NCBI GenBank assembly: GCA_004764695.1
Contig: SMSO01000014.1
Coordinates: 3,157,648-3,221,647 of the forward strand
DNA from: Schizochytrium sp. TIO01
Lineage: Eukaryota; Protista; Bigyra: Labyrinthulomycetes
Length of the DNA stretch: 64,000 nt
Reading direction: 5' to 3'
Position 1 is the stretch's first letter, and each line of letters begins with the position of its first letter. Of the stretch, positions 25,498-37,481 are shown piece by piece. The notes under the pieces were generated by a model. That model made no database searches. It worked only from the letters and a program-made list of their open reading frames with translations, and was not told the origin of the DNA. The position numbers were made by a program, and so were the translations under genes.

Positions 25498-25522
25498 AGA
25501 GAGAGAGAGAGAGAGAGAGAGA
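25498..25522 (+). repeat. (GA)12 microsatellite
   Basis: Read directly from the sequence. Confidence 0.95.
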
Positions 25523-25799
25523 AAGGGCCATGAGAAATTTGGCGCACCACCGTTCACGGCATGGGAAGAATTTGGGTTTTAGAGAGAAGCCTTTAAAAGC
25601 GGATTGATTGGAGAACTCAACATGGAGATTAGCGAGGAAGCTCAATGAAAATCGTCGCCGGAGAACTAACTGGCATTGCGTGCGGCGGCATGGCAGCCCG
25701 CTGCCGGTGCCTCGGATCCACGCGTGTGATGGCTGGGCGTGTGGCGCCCGTGCATTTATTTGGCCTGGGAGCAGAGGCGGGGATGGGTGGCTCAAGGTC

Positions 25800-26290
25800 T
25801 TGGGAAAACCCGCCAGGAGCTGTGGCGAAGAATGCGAAGGGTGGCAGACAGAGTTGTCGTACGCTGTCGTTGTCGAGTAGGTGGATAAATGGTCCCCCTT
25901 CACTGTTTGCCTGAGGTTTCTGAAGTCTATAGCGCAAGTCGCTTTCTGCAACGCAGTATGGACCACGATGACCTCTGGGCGTGGGAATCTTCGACATCTT
26001 GAAGCTTAATGTGCGGCATGGATTGTAAGATATGACTGCGGCTGCTGCACAAAGCGCGACATGATTCCGAAGTCGAGCTCGAAGTTGCCATGCAGCAGCA
26101 GTAGCAGTCCAGAGTTGCAGATGATAGATACTGTGCAAGAAAGGAAGCAAACAAGTTAGCCGACCCGAAAGAAAACCCCCGAATCTGCAGGCCGATCGTG
26201 GTCCATCTACCATTCGCATACACCATGTTTTGCAGATACCCTGACACCCAAGTTCATGTGCCATGAAGGGGAAAGTAAAGGCAATCAATC
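25800..26290 (-). pseudogene. possible decayed LRR fragment
   Basis: LHSIYHLQLWT, VISYNP, LSFKMSKIPT, IHLLDNDSVRQL. Confidence 0.3.
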
Positions 26291-26599
26291 CCTCGCATCA
26301 AATTGCAAGTTGTCTTTCTGTAAAACAGAAAAAGTAAAACGTGTTTTTATTTTATTATTTATTATTTTATTTTTAAACTTGTTTGTCATATGATAATCAT
26401 TAAAGGTAATGGTCAACTAACTAATTTAGTATAGATAACAGCTTCTTCTCTTTTTCTTTTTTCAAGTGTTTTGAATTTTATTTTATGTATTTAGGTATTT
26501 ATGCATACATTTTTATTATAATACATAATTTTTTTAAATGCAAAATTGATAGTAGAAAAGAGCAATAGGAAATAACACGAGTGGCACATGCACAGTCGT

Positions 26600-27840
26600 T
26601 TGAATAGAGCAGTTTGCTTGCATTACACTCAAAGGAGCTATCCAACAACATGTCTGTAAGCTTGAAGAAGATATAGCATCTCTGAGGGCTTGGAGCGCCC
26701 AGACCCAACAAGCGAGTTCTGCCACAGACTCAGCATGAGCTCCAATTCTTCGATGATGAAATATGTGCGACGAGTAACTGGAAACAATGCGTTTCCAGAC
26801 ACCCTCGCATAAATAAGAAAGGAAAACCTCAGCTCGTTTGGGGTTGCTTCATTCCAGCAGTTGGAAGCGTAATCATAACTTGAATTCTTCTTAATTTTAC
26901 TTCGTATTGACGAGCATGTTGATTGCGACGAAGTTGCAATGAGCGTGATATAGGTAACATAAGTGTTTTCGAATTCAAATTCTGTTGTGAACGACCACTT
27001 ACTTGGTCTTCCTTTCTTCTGACTTCGCAGAAAGATAAACTCCTTGTTACTTCTTCTTTATAAGCATCATTGGTATTTTGAAGACTTCCTTGTTTACAAT
27101 GATGTTTCCTATTATTTTAATTTATCTTTAAAAAGATAAGTTTTTATTGTAATTATTTAATTTAAGAATGAAGAAAAGAAGAATGAAGAAACGTTTAGTT
27201 CCCAAGCCGGTCTCAATTGTTTGCTCTGCTGTTGCGTGCTCGAACTCCACTTATTCTTACATGATACTGCTTCTTATCCAAAGGGTGGCAATCGCGTGAG
27301 CGACTTTTACTGTCGTTGGCACTGTTGTTGGCCAAACTTTAGTTTATATCGCAACATTATCGCACGTTTTGCTCAAACATAATACCTAGTCAAGGCCTCT
27401 TATTACATGCTTGGCTCCAATTTAATATCTTGCCGGGACTCCTTCTTATCTCTGTTCGTTCAAAACCTGGGTAAGAATGCTTTCCAGTAATCAGGCCCCG
27501 GCATCAGAAAGATTGCGGAGTTGTTGTTGCCACCGTTACCCAGATAATGATGGTCTCATCTTGCTTGCATAGAAAAGCTCGCAAGGATATAACACCTGCC
27601 ACCATCAGAAGACTTGGCCACCTCAGCGACTGTGTGTCGCGCGCCGAAACGACCGTTTGCCTCGGGATGGGCTCTTTCACCAGCCAAAAAGCCTTCGATG
27701 GGGAAGAGTCTTCTGCAATATGCAGATTGTTCATTGCAGATCCGAAGTGGGATCCTGCTTCTTCTATCGCACTAGAGAATTCGGCGCAACAAAAATGTTC
27801 CGCGTTTCTTTTAACCCATCTTTGCAAGCACACAAACAAC
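26600..27840 (-). pseudogene. possible decayed LRR fragments
   Basis: AMNNLHIAEDSSPSKAF and VISLRAF (27504-27839); IEELELMLSLWQNSLVG and KLTDMLLDSS (about 26600-26800). Confidence 0.3.
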
Positions 27841-28619
27841 TTCTTGATGACTCATTAGTTCGCAAGAAAAACAGCACGATCGATCCAGACACCATACTGA
27901 CCAAAAGTGACGTACGCTACCCCAGCCAGGCGTTTCCTCTGTCGTGCAGGCAACTTCAAACGTTGTTGTTCTTTTAGTTTTTATGTTTTTCACTCGACTC
28001 TTCTATAGTTCAAGTGATAATCAAAAGGTCTCTCTCAAACATTAAAACTTTCCTTTCTTCCTTATTTTGAGGTAGAGAAAAATACGCCCGTCCTTTTCTT
28101 CAACACTGATATTCAAAGTTTGATTGATTAGGTTTATGATTACGGTTCTATTTTTAATTAATACTAGTACTAATAATAATAATGATAAAACACTAGCCTG
28201 GCTCGCAGCTGCCTTCTTTTCGAGTTCCTTTCGTTTTCTTTCTTGAAACTGGAGAGCAGCCAGAGCTGCTTTTTGCTTCTTGATCGCAGCCAATCTGCGA
28301 CTGAAGATCGCTCATCGATATCCAAAGAATCGGCAGAGTAAAGCCGCATATTGAACTAACGCACCGGATTAAACAGTTCCGGGGGAGCTGCTGTCTCTTA
28401 AAAGAAAGCGGTATGTCTCCTTCCAAGATTATGGGAAGCTGTGGTCACGAGAAAAGCTGGCTGAGAGACCCACAGACACGGAGCCTTTTCGGGCTTGCTT
28501 TCCCGGCGAGTTTCCAGGGATAGTACTTTTTAGGTACCTAGGTGCTGAGTGACTGATAAGAAGAAGAGCTTCTTCAATACCAAGGTAAGTACGTACAACA
28601 TAATGCCTTCTAGTTTTAG

Positions 28620-29050
28620 TTTGAGGAGGACTCAATCGCTAAGAATTATGTCCTCGCTTTATTTATTTCATCATCATGGGGCAAATGGAATGGAATGGAA
28701 AGGAAGAGAGAATAGTGCCACGCTTCGAAGAAGCTGAGAAGTTGCGAGGCTGGCAAAAATTGCGAGCGAGGGAGCAGTGGTATTGGTTGCGATTTTCAAG
28801 CGATTTCATGAGTGTGATTTATGCCAGATTGAGAGACTTGCGCTTTGTAAGCAAGCTAGTAAATTACGGTTGCAGTATACGCAGCTTGGAATGATGATTA
28901 AAGATGTTTGGAAACAGCAGACGCAACTAGTTGGTCTTGTCTTTAGGAAGAACACGGCACGAGCACAGCAGCACATTGAAGAGGCGACTCGCAACAGGAA
29001 GTTGTGGCAAAATCCCCCCCTTTGCTTATTTCCATTGAAGAGGGAGAGAA
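28620..29050 (+). pseudogene. possible decayed RI-like (NLRC3-type) LRR fragment
   Basis: LRRTQSLRIMSSLYLFHHHGANGMEW..ENSATLRR*..KIASEGAVVLVAIFKR; the minus strand also gives LRR-like text here, so strand and class are ambiguous. Confidence 0.3.
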
Positions 29051-29059
29051 GAAGGCTTA

Positions 29060-30530
29060 ACATAAATTTGCCCAAGCTTGAAGAACACCTCTGATGACTT
29101 GAACAATATTAAAAAAATATCAAATTCTTCATAGAAGCCAGCGTGTCATCAAATGCGGAACATATTACAATACTAGAACATGGATGTAAAAAGAGAAAAG
29201 TGAAATCATTGATTTCATTTGAACCAGCCATGTTCCAAGGACATTCTTGAAATTTTAAGAAATTGGAGTCATCCGACCAACTCTCGGAAGAGCTATTTGC
29301 AAAGTGCTGGTCGCTGCTCGACCGATTTCATACAAACTTTTGTAAAGCCACGCTACAAATAACTCTCGAGATAGTTCTATTTCAGCTCGCTTGCATTTTT
29401 TTTAAAATAGCTTCAAAAATGTACATGCAAATGTTACACACAGAAAAGGTCACTGCGTGCAGCCATGATTTGAGCGATGAACTAACTGTATTTTCCTTGC
29501 CAGCTTAGTTGTCTTGGGAACCAAGTTATACCGACTTGAAGACTCCAGTACTTTTTAGATGCCACTATATTAATAAAACATCATTTAGTCCCTATCTGTA
29601 TCAAAATGATGTCTGGACCAATGTTAACGAAGACAAACTTCTTCTCAAGAAAATTGAAAATCATATTACATATTCAATAGGATATGCAATGTCTCAAGTG
29701 AGAGGTTCCGGCAGAGCAAACCTCGACGTAGAAAACAAATAGATAATTTCATACAGCACATGAAAACGCACTAATAACAATCAATCAACTCTAGAAATGA
29801 GAAGGGGCCGCAAATCTACTTTGCTGGCTCTGCAGGTTTCTGAATGGTATTTCGACTCTTCAACTAATTTTCTTTAGAACTATTTAGAATATTATTAGCG
29901 GCGAGTTCGTAAGAGAATTGACCGTCTTCGCCGACAAGCGCCCGTGCTAAATTCCGAAAAAAGTTTTTTTACTCTTCAATTTTCTCAGATTTGAAAGACA
30001 AATACAAAAAAACTTGCACCAAACAGAAGGTGCTTTACAACAAATAATGTTCTACTTTCGAACTAGCATTTGGAGTGGACATGTTTTATTAAGTTGACCT
30101 TTCAGACTTGAAACTTCGACCCAATTACTCTTTTTAAAAAAGCCTGCTTGAAGTACGTTTCCCTCTTCCAATTTCTTTGCAACTGAAAAGGAAGGGCACT
30201 CCCAATCGACACGCATCGTTTTAAAACACGTTCAATGAATGACAAATCAGCACGCAGAAATGCCATTACCTTTTGGTATCGATGTTTTGGACAACGCCAC
30301 ACTTCAAGCCAGTTGCATACATGTTGTTACGATAGTTTCCACCTTGGTGCCCACTCCGATGCATGCAAGAGAGGACTGGACGGGTCTACATTTCTTCGCG
30401 CATGCCATGGGACACGAGAAAACCTATTTCTACCGACTCTGATTATCACTGCTCGTCCAAAATAACAGAAGCCTACTCAAATCATATTCGACTGAAGACC
30501 AACACCTTCAACTGCCGTTGTGTACGCCGA
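29060..30530 (+). pseudogene. long decayed typical-class LRR gene segment ending in an LRRCT-type cap motif
   Basis: NLPKLEEHL; 29161-29320 in one frame HITILEHG..SLISFEPAMFQGHS*NFKKL..DQLSEELFAKCWSL; KSTFAG; VRELTVFA..IPKKFF; 30483-30521 HIRLKTNTFNCRC (LxLxxNPFxCxC). Confidence 0.6.
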
Positions 30531-31166
30531 GACAGTTTGAGTTATGCTCTTACCGTATGGCAGAAAATGAGCGATCTAATTATTGCTTTAAAGTAACACC
30601 GTAGACTTCAAGCTGGTTTGTACCATAGAGTCCTGGGGACATAATAAGTACCTAGAGCAAAATCTCAACCTTACCTTGAAGTCTCACTTGTCTAATTGCC
30701 AATTCAGCCTTAAAACCGAAGCTTGCTTTGCATCAACTGTCTTTTCAGCTTTTAGAAGCAATTCGTGTGATACAATCAAGTTTCTCAGTATCAAGCTCTT
30801 CGTGCAAAGAGCTGGATTAGCTGTATTCTGTGTAGTATCACACACTAAAAGCAGGAGCAAGCTAAATTAAGCAGTTAGTATTGAAGTAGATGTATAGCCA
30901 AATGGTTAGAATTTCACCCCATCTGAATTTCTGCAGCTAGTGGTAGATTTAGATCATGCATATCGTCTTTAGCATCAGATGAACCAATCAAGCAAGAGCA
31001 CCGAGTTGAAGCTAGTCTGATGTCCTTAACATACGCATACACAATAGACGGCTTTTGAAGAAATAAATTCACATTGTTGGTGTTAGCCTATGAGTAGTCA
31101 TATTACAGCGAAAGCCGTTCAAAGTTCATTTGAAACTTTCTTAATGCAAGGGTATGAAGAAATAAT

Positions 31167-31373
31167 TTAGCCAAGGCGATGCTCAAAAGAGAAAATTATG
31201 AAAGAAATTGTCACAAACGGTGGTTGCCTAATATATAACCTCCAATGTGCTGGTTTCTCGATCAGGAATTTGTTACTCACTCTACTTGTTAAGCAAGAAA
31301 TGTAGAAAGCCATATTCATCAATTGAGATTCAGCAAGATATAGAAATGAAGCATATGCGGCTAGGGAAGTCAA
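31167..31373 (-). pseudogene. decayed LRR fragment
   Basis: FLYLAESQLMNM; RLYIRQPPFVTISFIIFSFEHRL in 24-residue register. Confidence 0.45.
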
Positions 31374-32722
31374 AATACGAGTCTATAAACAAAGATAACG
31401 GTGAAAGTTTCAAGACTGATTGAGTCATTGAACAGTAACTCCAGAAAGTGCCCTAGAGTATAACTTCAAAATTTCCATTAGTTGAATACTATTGCTTTAT
31501 TAGACGTGGAGCATGGATCTAACGCGTGAAAATTGATTAGGTTAACCAGGCCACTTCGTCATACCCTAGTTAAAGCCCCGATATGATATGATCATGACTG
31601 GGCCGCTCTATTTTTTCTTGGGGCAAGTTAGCTAGATATAACTTATGATTGTTCGAAATCGTCTTACATGTTATCGAAAAATGGGCGTGCCTTACTCAAT
31701 GTTGAAGTGTGGGCAATGCTAACCAGCATAATATAGAAGTGAACACCAAATGTATTATTTGTTGACCTTTCTCGGGTTATTTCCGAAATATCTCCAAACC
31801 TGCCCGTGCCGTTAAATTCCTTCCATTTCCCCGTAGCGCTTTAGCAACTACGCTTCGAAGATTTTTTGGGCTGATGCTTCTGTCCAAAACTAGGAGCCCA
31901 AATTATTGCAAATTTTGCTACTCTAAAATTTTTGGAGTGGTCTATTCGAGGAAAGCAGTCAGTCAGGTAAGATAACGCTATTTTTGCGAAGTAGGCCTTT
32001 ATTAATGATCATTACGGAATCTAGTACGGCTGGTTCAAGAATTCCAACATGCTTGAATTATCAGCAGGGCACCATGTTAGATGGTGTAGACATTAATATT
32101 CCATATGACCTCAGCAACACAGATAGGAGAACAGTAGTATAAAATTCTGTCCAGTGCTAAGCATAATATGTCTTAGAATTCCTACCAAACATTAGTTCCT
32201 GCATTTACTTTGAAAGTAAACCTGGCACCAGTAAGACCACATGTAAGATTAATACTCATATGCATTGGCCCAATAGATAGAGACTAGAGTTCTCTTTTCT
32301 GTTACGGATGGGATCTGCACTTTACAAACCAAAAGTTGCGATCTAATTTTCGAAATTCAAACACAAGTATTGCTGATCAATTTTGAAAAATTCGAATCTT
32401 CAAATTGCCTCTGATTATTATGAGAAAAAAGGAAAGTCGTAGATTGAATTGATGAACGAACAGATTGCAAAACAACGCACCTAAAGTAGTAAAATAACCA
32501 ATCTATAATATTTCGATTGAGAGAAATTGACTTTGAAAGATATCGAATTATAAGAACACATTTGATTAGTTTCTAACACAGGAATTTCGAGGTGCAGGGA
32601 ATGTTCGAAGTACACAAGATGAATGAATCTTTCGAGACACATTGTGAGACAAATACAGCAGAATGGTAAGTAGTTTCAATACCAAAGAACTACATCAGAT
32701 GACACACTAGAGACCTTTAACT

Positions 32723-34591
32723 TCAAAGATAAGGTTCGTCATCGATTCTTAATGAAATGAGTGACTTGGACTTTCCAAGACTTTCGCCTGAGATTGTTGG
32801 CTCCAGATCGCCAGACTCAAGCAGTTTCAGGGTATTCAAAGAACGGCGCTTCTGAACCTCATCAGAAGAAATAATACGATTGTTAGCCCAATCTGGAATT
32901 TCATGAATGTGGTCCTCCACATAAGTTTGCACACGCAACACAAGACGCTTGCGGTCTTGACGGAGCATCTCTGATGGGTTGCTGTGGCGGGGTTTGCACG
33001 TAGACCGGATAGCAAAAATGTAACTAGGAACATGGCGTAAGCGACGGACGAGGGTCTCACTCATCACGACGCTGATGTAAAACGTATAAATGGGGAAAAA
33101 TACCAAAAAGAAGATTGGAATCAGCCACCATGCATTGCTAGCAAGAAAGTCATACCAAGCATTGTCGTCCGTATTCTTGTATGGCCAGAGGAAAAACAGC
33201 AAAATCAGCCCAACAACCGTGTACAGCACGAGTAAAGAGGGGATAAGAATTGTGCTTTGAATAACCTTTTGTGAAGCTACAACGTCACGTGCTGCAATTT
33301 TTACGGAAGATCCAGCCAAAGCCTTTGCCATCTCGCGCTTCACTACGCACTTGATTCGAAGCGGGATAGGAGAGGCAAGAATAAGTCCAGGTAATATAAG
33401 GGGTAGAATAAAAACCAGCATCAAAAAGGTCACCATCAATTCATACCATGCGCGGAGTAAAGTTACGCAGCTGCCCAACGGTGGAAGTTCGGCGACTTGC
33501 TTATCATCTAAGCCTTGTGCGTAGGCAAACTTATTGTAAAGGTAAATATCGCGAAGGATGGTTTTGAAAGCTGGATCGGATTTCCAAGTCGAGTAAGCAG
33601 CTGAGAATCGAGTGCTTAGGTTGACGTACTCCTCACTCGAGAGCTTAATATTGTTTTGATACATTCGACGGGCAATGCGTAGAGCTGTAAGCTCTTTGTA
33701 AGTGGGTGCACGAATTAGAACGCTTTCTAAGGTTTCATTGACTTTCGCAAGTAGAGCATTTCCGGCTGCAATTTTATCTCCGTGAATATACTCTTCCACA
33801 AGATCATCGTCAACATCGATTGGCTGAGAAACATCGACAAAACAGTTGCTCCGAAATACATGGCCTCCTAGGTAGTTGATTCCAGTTGCCACGATTCTGA
33901 CAGGAATACCGTGAGCACGGGCTCCTAAAGCCATTACAGCAACACCTGCTTTGAGGGGCAGTAGATCTGTATTATCGTGGGAGCCACCTTCCGGGAAAAT
34001 CCCGATTGCGCCGCCTTCCTGGAGCTTGTCGAAGACCTTTTGAAAAAGTTCACGTTGAGGAATCTTGGGGATAACCTTAAAAGACATTCTGCCAGTAAAA
34101 TGTTCAATATGCAAGGGGTTTTCTTCATTTGGCGGTTTAAATGTGAGCTCGTCATCAGACTCCACGGTTGCGACAACAACTTGGCCAACACCCTTGATAG
34201 CAACACTGCATCCTGGCTGTGCGCAGTCGTCAAGGAGGCTACCATGTTCTGTGTAAATTTTGCATGCGTCCAAGTCAATACGTACAATACTTCCTTGTGC
34301 GACCGTGGCGCGATCTTGTGGACGGACAACAGGAACCACATGTAACGCGCGAGCAGCCTGTCCGACGACAGGTTTGTGTAGAGAAGTCTCTGCCATAATG
34401 AAGGACAGCTTTCGCTGAGCTGTTTTCATCATTACCATGGCGTCGACAAATTGATTCATATGATTGCCAACAACGATGATGGGACCCTCCTGTGGCATGT
34501 TCTCGGAGTTCACAATTTCAACACCGTTGGAAAAGAAAATTTTCAGCACCATCATCATCAAATTTCTCACAAAGTAATAGAGGCACGACAT
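32723..34591 (-). CDS. glycerol-3-phosphate/dihydroxyacetone-phosphate O-acyltransferase, fungal Sct1/Gpt2-like, 622 aa
   Basis: Catalytic block NHMNQFVD, VPVVRPQD, beta-rich insertion, GAIGIFPEGGSHD..LLPLKAGVAVMALGA, C-terminal TM helices with KALAGSSVKIAARDVVAS. Confidence 0.92.
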   Translation of the reverse strand: MSCLYYFVRNLMMMVLKIFFSNGVEIVNSENMPQEGPIIVVGNHMNQFVDAMVMMKTAQRKLSFIMAETSLHKPVVGQAARALHVVPVVRPQDRATVAQGSIVRIDLDACKIYTEHGSLLDDCAQPGCSVAIKGVGQVVVATVESDDELTFKPPNEENPLHIEHFTGRMSFKVIPKIPQRELFQKVFDKLQEGGAIGIFPEGGSHDNTDLLPLKAGVAVMALGARAHGIPVRIVATGINYLGGHVFRSNCFVDVSQPIDVDDDLVEEYIHGDKIAAGNALLAKVNETLESVLIRAPTYKELTALRIARRMYQNNIKLSSEEYVNLSTRFSAAYSTWKSDPAFKTILRDIYLYNKFAYAQGLDDKQVAELPPLGSCVTLLRAWYELMVTFLMLVFILPLILPGLILASPIPLRIKCVVKREMAKALAGSSVKIAARDVVASQKVIQSTILIPSLLVLYTVVGLILLFFLWPYKNTDDNAWYDFLASNAWWLIPIFFLVFFPIYTFYISVVMSETLVRRLRHVPSYIFAIRSTCKPRHSNPSEMLRQDRKRLVLRVQTYVEDHIHEIPDWANNRIISSDEVQKRRSLNTLKLLESGDLEPTISGESLGKSKSLISLRIDDEPYL

Positions 34592-35299
34592 TTTGGATTG
34601 TTCTTGATGCTGTTTCTCACCTAATAATCAATCGTCAATCCACTGCAAAAAAGAACTTAGTACGGGATAATAAATTTCCTTCTTCCCTCTGCTGCAACCT
34701 GGCCCGAGTTCTAGTTGATTCTTTAGCAACCAGATATCATATATAAATCTTCTTTACGATACCGGAAACCAAATAGGGATCTTCTCTGCAATGCTACTAG
34801 CTTTCCCTTGGATTGATCAACACTCTCCAGTGCAGCTAGAAAAGCAAACCGGGCTAACTTTGTTCTGGCTTCCCAAACTAGAAATGACACGAGCCAGCAA
34901 TCTAGTTACCTGGGTCCACTTAAGTCAAGACGAAGGCCTCAGGCAAGCCTTCGAAAATACAACCACCCCTATTCTTATCCCAGGCAAAGGGTTTTGGTAA
35001 CCCTCTCGTGCGGCCGCTTCTGGACCGCCTTGAGTTTCTTGACTGCTCGCCGGTCTGGCTGCTGCATTCACTGCCTTCTATACAAGCTACTACACGCGCG
35101 CTCAGGAAGGGGCCTAAGAAATGGCTAAAATGTGCTTATTGTTTTACATAACTACTCTTAACAGTGTGTGCGCGCGTGCACCACGTGCTATGACTAAGGT
35201 GTAGGTCGAGGAGTACTATATTATTTAATCATACTTCAAAAAGCACAGTAATCCAAGCGCTAAGAAACTGCTCAAGATAAGCGTAGCAGTAAAAAGTTG

Positions 35300-36100
35300 A
35301 GCAAGGGTGATACGTGCACTTCATTGTCACTATCTTGGAAATTGTTATTGCAGCGAAGCGAGGAAGTGGCAATGGTACCTACCTTCCATGGTAGTATACT
35401 GTTGCTGCTATTCTACCTGAAAATTGGCGTGGCTGCAAGGAAATTTTGGCAGTTCAGTATGGAAATGGACAAGGTCCTAACTTGAACGAGTAAGAAACTT
35501 GGATAACGCCTGCTTTGCAGTGAGACAAGCGCCAAAATAGAAGGAGGTTCTGAGGGGTCTTTGTAGTCCCTACCTAGTGCCCATGGTAGTAGTCTGCGTT
35601 CACGACAGAAATTTAAGAATGAAACCTTAACAGGCATAGGGCTGTGCTGTATCAACTTATTGGGAAGAATGGCGAAAATCATAAAACGAAGAAAGATGTG
35701 GCTTCTGAGTGGAGAATTAAAAGCAGCCGGACTCGTAGGAGTGCAGACAGTTCGGGTAGAGCATAAGAGACTAAGGAAACATGGCTACAGGCTGCGATGA
35801 CATCGTAAAGAGTTTATGTGAAATTCGAAGTTTGCATCAGGCAGAAACTTGATCGGTAAGCGTTGCAATATCCAGGCGCTCGAGAGTGTGAAAGGTGAAG
35901 ACCGGTGAATCGCTTGCATCTGTGAAATCGGAGCGCAGTTGAATTGCAACTTGTAAAGACTGCAAATCCGTGGCTGGCGTCAAGCCTGGCGTGTTTCGCA
36001 ATGCTCTGATTATACTTTCTCAAAACACAATAACAAATCGTTGTTGGAGGAGTACAGTACCACCGCTCAAGGTTTATCCAAAGATGACGTACTAGCAAAG
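35300..36100 (-). pseudogene. possible decayed LRR fragments
   Basis: VRHLWI, FTGLHLSHS, RVRLLLILHS, LIQHSPM, VRTLSISILNCQNF, ISLQPRQFSG. Confidence 0.3.
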
Positions 36101-37481
36101 GATGCTGTAAAAATAGCAAATTTGTTATTGCTATGTTGTAGGTAGGAGGGTCCTACTATCAGGATTTCACCAAGGGTTCGCTTGATGACTGCTGCATGTC
36201 CCTCTTTATTTCGAACCAGAGGTACGTACAAAAGTGGGGCCGCCTAGGAACTGAAAGACGAAAGACATCAGTCTAGCAGCCTGCTACTTGTGAGTCACGC
36301 ATTTCATAGGTTACCTGGTACTATGTAGTAGTCCCTACTAGACATCCGTGAGCAGGATTTTGCATCCGGGCAGAATTTCTGCATGATAGTACCAACTCAT
36401 TTAGAAAGATGCGTGGAAGGAATGAGTTTTATTTTGTTTTGTTTTGTTTTGTCACTTGCTATGAGCAATATGCTCGAGCTTGCTCATACAAAAAGATTTA
36501 AAGGAGTGTTGTTGTCACATTTCTGCAACAACTTCTTGTCAAGGCACAAATAGTGTACGTTTACTTTTGACTCTTGTCTTTGTGTCCATGCGTTACCGAT
36601 GTTACTCTTTCCCCTGCAGCGGCGCTCGTTCACCAAAGATGAAACCAAGGTAGCATTTACAATCAATCGTCCAAGTTTAACCAGATATGCAAAGCCGTCA
36701 GGTACATATAGCGGACAGGTTTATAAATAAAATGTACTAAGCTTGATTCTGAAAAGAAGAAAAAAGAACTACAAGTTTCGATTGAATTTAGGCACATCCA
36801 AGTACAGCATCCAACGAAGTGAAGCCATGACCATGATTCAGATTGTAATTGCTAATTTTTAGCATGCAATGCTCGCAAGTTAACCAACGCGAGCGAATAT
36901 TTCGAACTAAATTGTAAATCCTCATCAATCGTCTGGGCAAGGTAGTTCCAGAAGAAGAAATAGAGATAGAAGTGAATCACTTGTTACGAAGGCTATGCAT
37001 TTGAAGAATATAGTTGATGGTGATTTGTTTAAAATAAATGAATGGATTACATGTGTGTGTGGTTTTATTTGGGGTGCAGAGACCAAACTCGTTGCACCAC
37101 TCGCTATTTTTACGTTGGGGGATGAATTGTGTCATTCGATTAGATATTTGGATTCATAGTCATCCATGGGTGCGATGAATTATTGTATTACGTTGTCGAG
37201 ATGATGAACATCTGGACTTTGGGGTATTGCATTTTAAGTCAAACATATGCAATGGACAAGTTATCTGCGAACGTGGCATGGTCGCTGCGTCGTAGAAGAA
37301 CTGCAACATCTACGAAAACGGGTCTTTTAAATGACAGAACCGACTATATACAGGAGTAAGTAAGTGTGGGCAGAATTGCATGCATGTATGCTTGGATCGA
37401 TGCAAATGATACTGGACAGAGATGCAACCAAAGGCAAGAAGAAGTATCCTGCTGGTTGTACTATCGGCCTTGAGTGCTTGT

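Noticed and set aside
27560-27930. Histone H4-like peptides (HRKARKDITPATIRRLG ... TILTKSDVRY)
   Set aside because: Spacing between the motifs is far longer than in H4 and they lie in different frames; likely chance
35182-35187. CACGTG G-box about 590 nt upstream of the acyltransferase, as a target of the neighbouring bHLH
   Set aside because: A 6-mer that occurs several times in the window at about chance frequency; no support for a regulatory link
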